From IMG/VR virus record IMGVR_UViG_3300025121_000023, positions 1 through 64,000 of that record: a stretch of 64,000 nucleotides of DNA; one strand, given 5' to 3'. Every line of letters starts with the position of its first letter. Within the stretch, counting starts at the first letter, position 1. Below the pieces are notes generated by a model, which saw only the letters and a list, made by a program, of their open reading frames with translations, did not search any database and was not told where the DNA came from. A program made the position numbers and the translations under genes. Of this stretch, positions 61,389-64,000 are shown one piece after another. Source of the DNA: a virus.

Positions 61389-62249
61389 ATGAAAAGATTA
61401 AAAAAATTCAAACAATTTATAACAGAAGATGTAGATATTACAGCACAAGATTTAAAACATCCAGTTGATGAACCTATACAACAAGGTATTCCAACATCTC
61501 AAATGCAAGTACAAGGTCAACCAATACAAAATCAACCACAAGTACAACCACAAATGCCTATACAACCTAAAAAATTAACATTGGATAAATATCGTAATAT
61601 GATAGATTATACATTGTTAAAGGATAATGTAAGTAAAGAATTATTACAAAATTTTATAGAAGAAGCAATTCGACAAAAATTTTATGCTATTTGTATATTA
61701 CCTAAGTATGTGGCTGATGCTGAATTTATTATTGATGATAGAAATTTAAAAATAGTCACTGTTATAGATTATCCAAATGGAACAGCAACAGCAAACGAAA
61801 AATTAGTAGAAACTACTGAAGCATTAGCAGATGGTGCAACCGAAATTGATATGGTTATGGATTTTAAAGCATTGAAAGATGCTTATTTAGATGAAAATGA
61901 AGAATCACAAGAATCTACATATCAAATATTACAAAAAGAAATAAAAACTGTCGGTGATGAATGTCATAGAAACGGTGCCATATTAAAAGTTATTGTAGAA
62001 GCAGAATTATTAACATTAGAAGAATTAGCAAAAGCTTGTGAATTAGTTACCAATGGTGGTGCTGATTTTATAAAAACATCAACAGGAACTAATAATAAAC
62101 CAGTAGAATTAGTTAAAGTAAAAGAAATGAGAAGATTATTACCTGATTATGTTAAAATTAAAATATCGGGTGGTGTAAGGACATTACAACAATGTGAAGA
62201 TTTTTATCAATATATTGATAGAATAGGTACATCTATTATTTTAAAGTAG
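61389..62249 (+). CDS. deoC: deoxyribose-phosphate aldolase with N-terminal extension
   Basis: IDYTLLK, VIDYPNG, GATEIDMV, LKVIVE, GADFIKTSTG, KISGGVR, RIGTS. Confidence 0.92.
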   Translation: MKRLKKFKQFITEDVDITAQDLKHPVDEPIQQGIPTSQMQVQGQPIQNQPQVQPQMPIQPKKLTLDKYRNMIDYTLLKDNVSKELLQNFIEEAIRQKFYAICILPKYVADAEFIIDDRNLKIVTVIDYPNGTATANEKLVETTEALADGATEIDMVMDFKALKDAYLDENEESQESTYQILQKEIKTVGDECHRNGAILKVIVEAELLTLEELAKACELVTNGGADFIKTSTGTNNKPVELVKVKEMRRLLPDYVKIKISGGVRTLQQCEDFYQYIDRIGTSIILK

Positions 62250-62290
62250 TTATTAAATTAAATATATATTACAAAATGAATTGTATTTAA

Positions 62291-63406
62291 ATGAGTAGAG
62301 TATTAGTAATTGTTGATGTTCAAAAAGAATTTGATGATTTTATCCAACGTGATTTAGTAGATGAATTATATGATTATGCAGAAAAATTTGAAAAAGTATA
62401 TCAGATATGGGATTCTAATAAAAATCAAATAAAACCAACTTATGAATTTCCTAACCAGGTTAAATCAGTTAAAAAGAAATTCGGTAGAAACCATTTTAAT
62501 AATAAAGTCCAAAAATTTACACAAGATATTGAAGATGTATCTAAAGAAGGTACTACTTTTAAATTAACAAAAGGAAATGGATATATTATTAGAGTAGATA
62601 ACAATCATCAATGGTTTTATGTTAATCCAGAAATTACCGATTTAATTGAAGAATTAAAAGATGATGAAGTTGTTTTAGTTGGTGGTGCTGATGGTGAATG
62701 TCTTGAAGATGTTAAAGTAGCATTTGAAGCTTTTGGATTAAATTATAGAATTAATAAAAAATATGTTTATAGTGCCAAAACAGATAAAAATGATACGATT
62801 AAAGATAATATTAGTGAAGCTAAAAAACAAAAATTTGAATATGATGAAATTTGTTATAAAGTTCAAGATCAAGAAGATGAAGATTTTATTAAATCATATT
62901 TAACAACACAAGGGTATGATTATACAGGACTTAATTCAATACATACAAAACCATATTATTTATTTGTTGATATTAAAAAAGGTAATTTAACACATGATAC
63001 TATACATAGTCTTGATAGGCTTGGTGGTTTAATTAATTATACAAAAGAATATGAATATAGTATATATCCAGTAGTTTTTGATAGATCTAGTTTTAGTACT
63101 TTTAGAGGTATTATAGAATATGGAGAAATAATACCAGATTATAGACCAAGAAGAAAACTTAATGAATCTATAAAAGATATTTTAAAAGGAAAATCAAAAG
63201 AAGATATTGAAAATGCTATGGAAGATTTATTAACTAAAATAACTGATGAAGCAATAGAATTATTTCCGAAAAAATTTACTGAATGGACAGATACATATAA
63301 ATATTTTGAAAAATATAGAGATATAATAAAAAAATACATATTACAAAGTTATACTATTAGTAATGTTATTTATTATATTGTTAATGGATACGCAGAAAAA
63401 AAATAA
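62291..63406 (+). CDS. isochorismatase/cysteine-hydrolase-like domain fused to phage modules
   Basis: LVIVDVQKEF, LVGGADGECLEDV; later PDYRPRR and NESIKDILKGKS motifs. Confidence 0.65.
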   Translation: MSRVLVIVDVQKEFDDFIQRDLVDELYDYAEKFEKVYQIWDSNKNQIKPTYEFPNQVKSVKKKFGRNHFNNKVQKFTQDIEDVSKEGTTFKLTKGNGYIIRVDNNHQWFYVNPEITDLIEELKDDEVVLVGGADGECLEDVKVAFEAFGLNYRINKKYVYSAKTDKNDTIKDNISEAKKQKFEYDEICYKVQDQEDEDFIKSYLTTQGYDYTGLNSIHTKPYYLFVDIKKGNLTHDTIHSLDRLGGLINYTKEYEYSIYPVVFDRSSFSTFRGIIEYGEIIPDYRPRRKLNESIKDILKGKSKEDIENAMEDLLTKITDEAIELFPKKFTEWTDTYKYFEKYRDIIKKYILQSYTISNVIYYIVNGYAEKK

Positions 63407-63436
63407 ATTTCATTTTGAAAACTTTCTTTGGAATGT

Positions 63437-64000
63437 TTAATTAAAAGTAATATTCGAAAATAAATTTTTCTTTTCTACCGATAATATTCTATCAAATATT
63501 TTAGAATCAACATCTTCTAATCCATGATGCATTAGAATTAAATTTATTTTATTTTCAATTGAAAAGTCTTTTAACAAATCTAATATTAAACTAATATAAT
63601 CTTTATTAATTGAGTTAAATACTTCATCCATAAATAATATATTTATATTTTTAATTTCTCTTACTAATTTAATATAAGATATAGCAATACAAATATTTAC
63701 CATTTTCATTTCACCAGTAGATTCAGTTTCCGGATTTATTAATTCTCCTCTATCATATATATCAGCATCAAAATTATCATTCAAATGAACAGTATAAGGA
63801 AAGTTTATTTTTTCTAATAATTCGGTTAATGTTTTATTGATAGGTGGTATTAAAGAAGCTATAATAGATTTTCTTGCACCATTATCACCTAATATTTTAG
63901 ATAATTCTGTTAATGTATTAATTTCTTTTTTTATTAATTCTAATCTATTTAACTTTTCTTTTTTATTTTCTAATAATTTTTTACCTTTTAATTTTAATTC
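63437..64000 (-). CDS. SbcC/Rad50/T4 gp46-like recombination ATPase, C-terminal part (runs off window)
   Basis: frame open to the window edge; STGE signature, ILFMDEVFNSI Walker B/D-loop, LMHH. Confidence 0.85.
   Translation of the reverse strand, partial: ELKLKGKKLLENKKEKLNRLELIKKEINTLTELSKILGDNGARKSIIASLIPPINKTLTELLEKINFPYTVHLNDNFDADIYDRGELINPETESTGEMKMVNICIAISYIKLVREIKNINILFMDEVFNSINKDYISLILDLLKDFSIENKINLILMHHGLEDVDSKIFDRILSVEKKNLFSNITFN

Noticed and set aside
1489-63339. Short ORFs antisense to long genes (e.g. 1489, 1811, 16631, 18092, 18383, 49794, 56594, 60787, 63139)
   Set aside because: Shadow frames of well-supported genes, with no motifs or start context.
1-64000. Genome-wide stop-codon reassignment (TAG or TGA)
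   Set aside because: All recognisable genes are full length in the standard code and coding density is high; TAG ends deoC at its natural position. Only one isolated in-frame TAG was seen.
1-64000. Cellular (bacterial) chromosome origin
   Set aside because: Housekeeping-like genes are scattered among many tiny hypothetical ORFs without bacterial operon context, alongside T4-like leaders and homing endonucleases. Phage is more likely, though no capsid or terminase gene is in the window to prove it.

Overview
A very AT-rich, gene-dense 64 kb segment, mostly transcribed on the minus strand, that reads as part of a jumbo (T4-like/myovirus-type) bacteriophage genome, probably infecting a Bacteroidota host. 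Evidence: many short hypothetical ORFs and tandem paralogues, homing endonucleases, a gp46/SbcC-type ATPase, T4-style capsid-targeting-like N-termini, and about ten copies of the Bacteroidota primary-sigma promoter TTTG-N19/20-TAnnTTTG. Host-like auxiliary genes include a deamidating NAD salvage set (pncA, pncB, a MazG-NadD fusion, prs), proteostasis genes (clpS, clpC, clpP, dnaJ, smpB), an RNA 2'-phosphotransferase, a short NAD-dependent ligase, deoC, an ECF-like sigma factor and a solo tnpB. The most unusual element is an integron-like array at about 11.8-13.3 kb: attC-like hairpins separate segments whose two ends are complementary to each other, and three ORFs read in frame through the predicted GTT crossover, which suggests recombinational shuffling of protein halves. 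Also notable are two chromosome-type parS palindromes, a sigma54-like promoter shared by clpC and dnaJ, and three short terminal peptide tags reused across unrelated proteins. I recognised no tRNA, rRNA, tmRNA, CRISPR array or integrase. All calls come from reading motifs by eye; no database searches were run.
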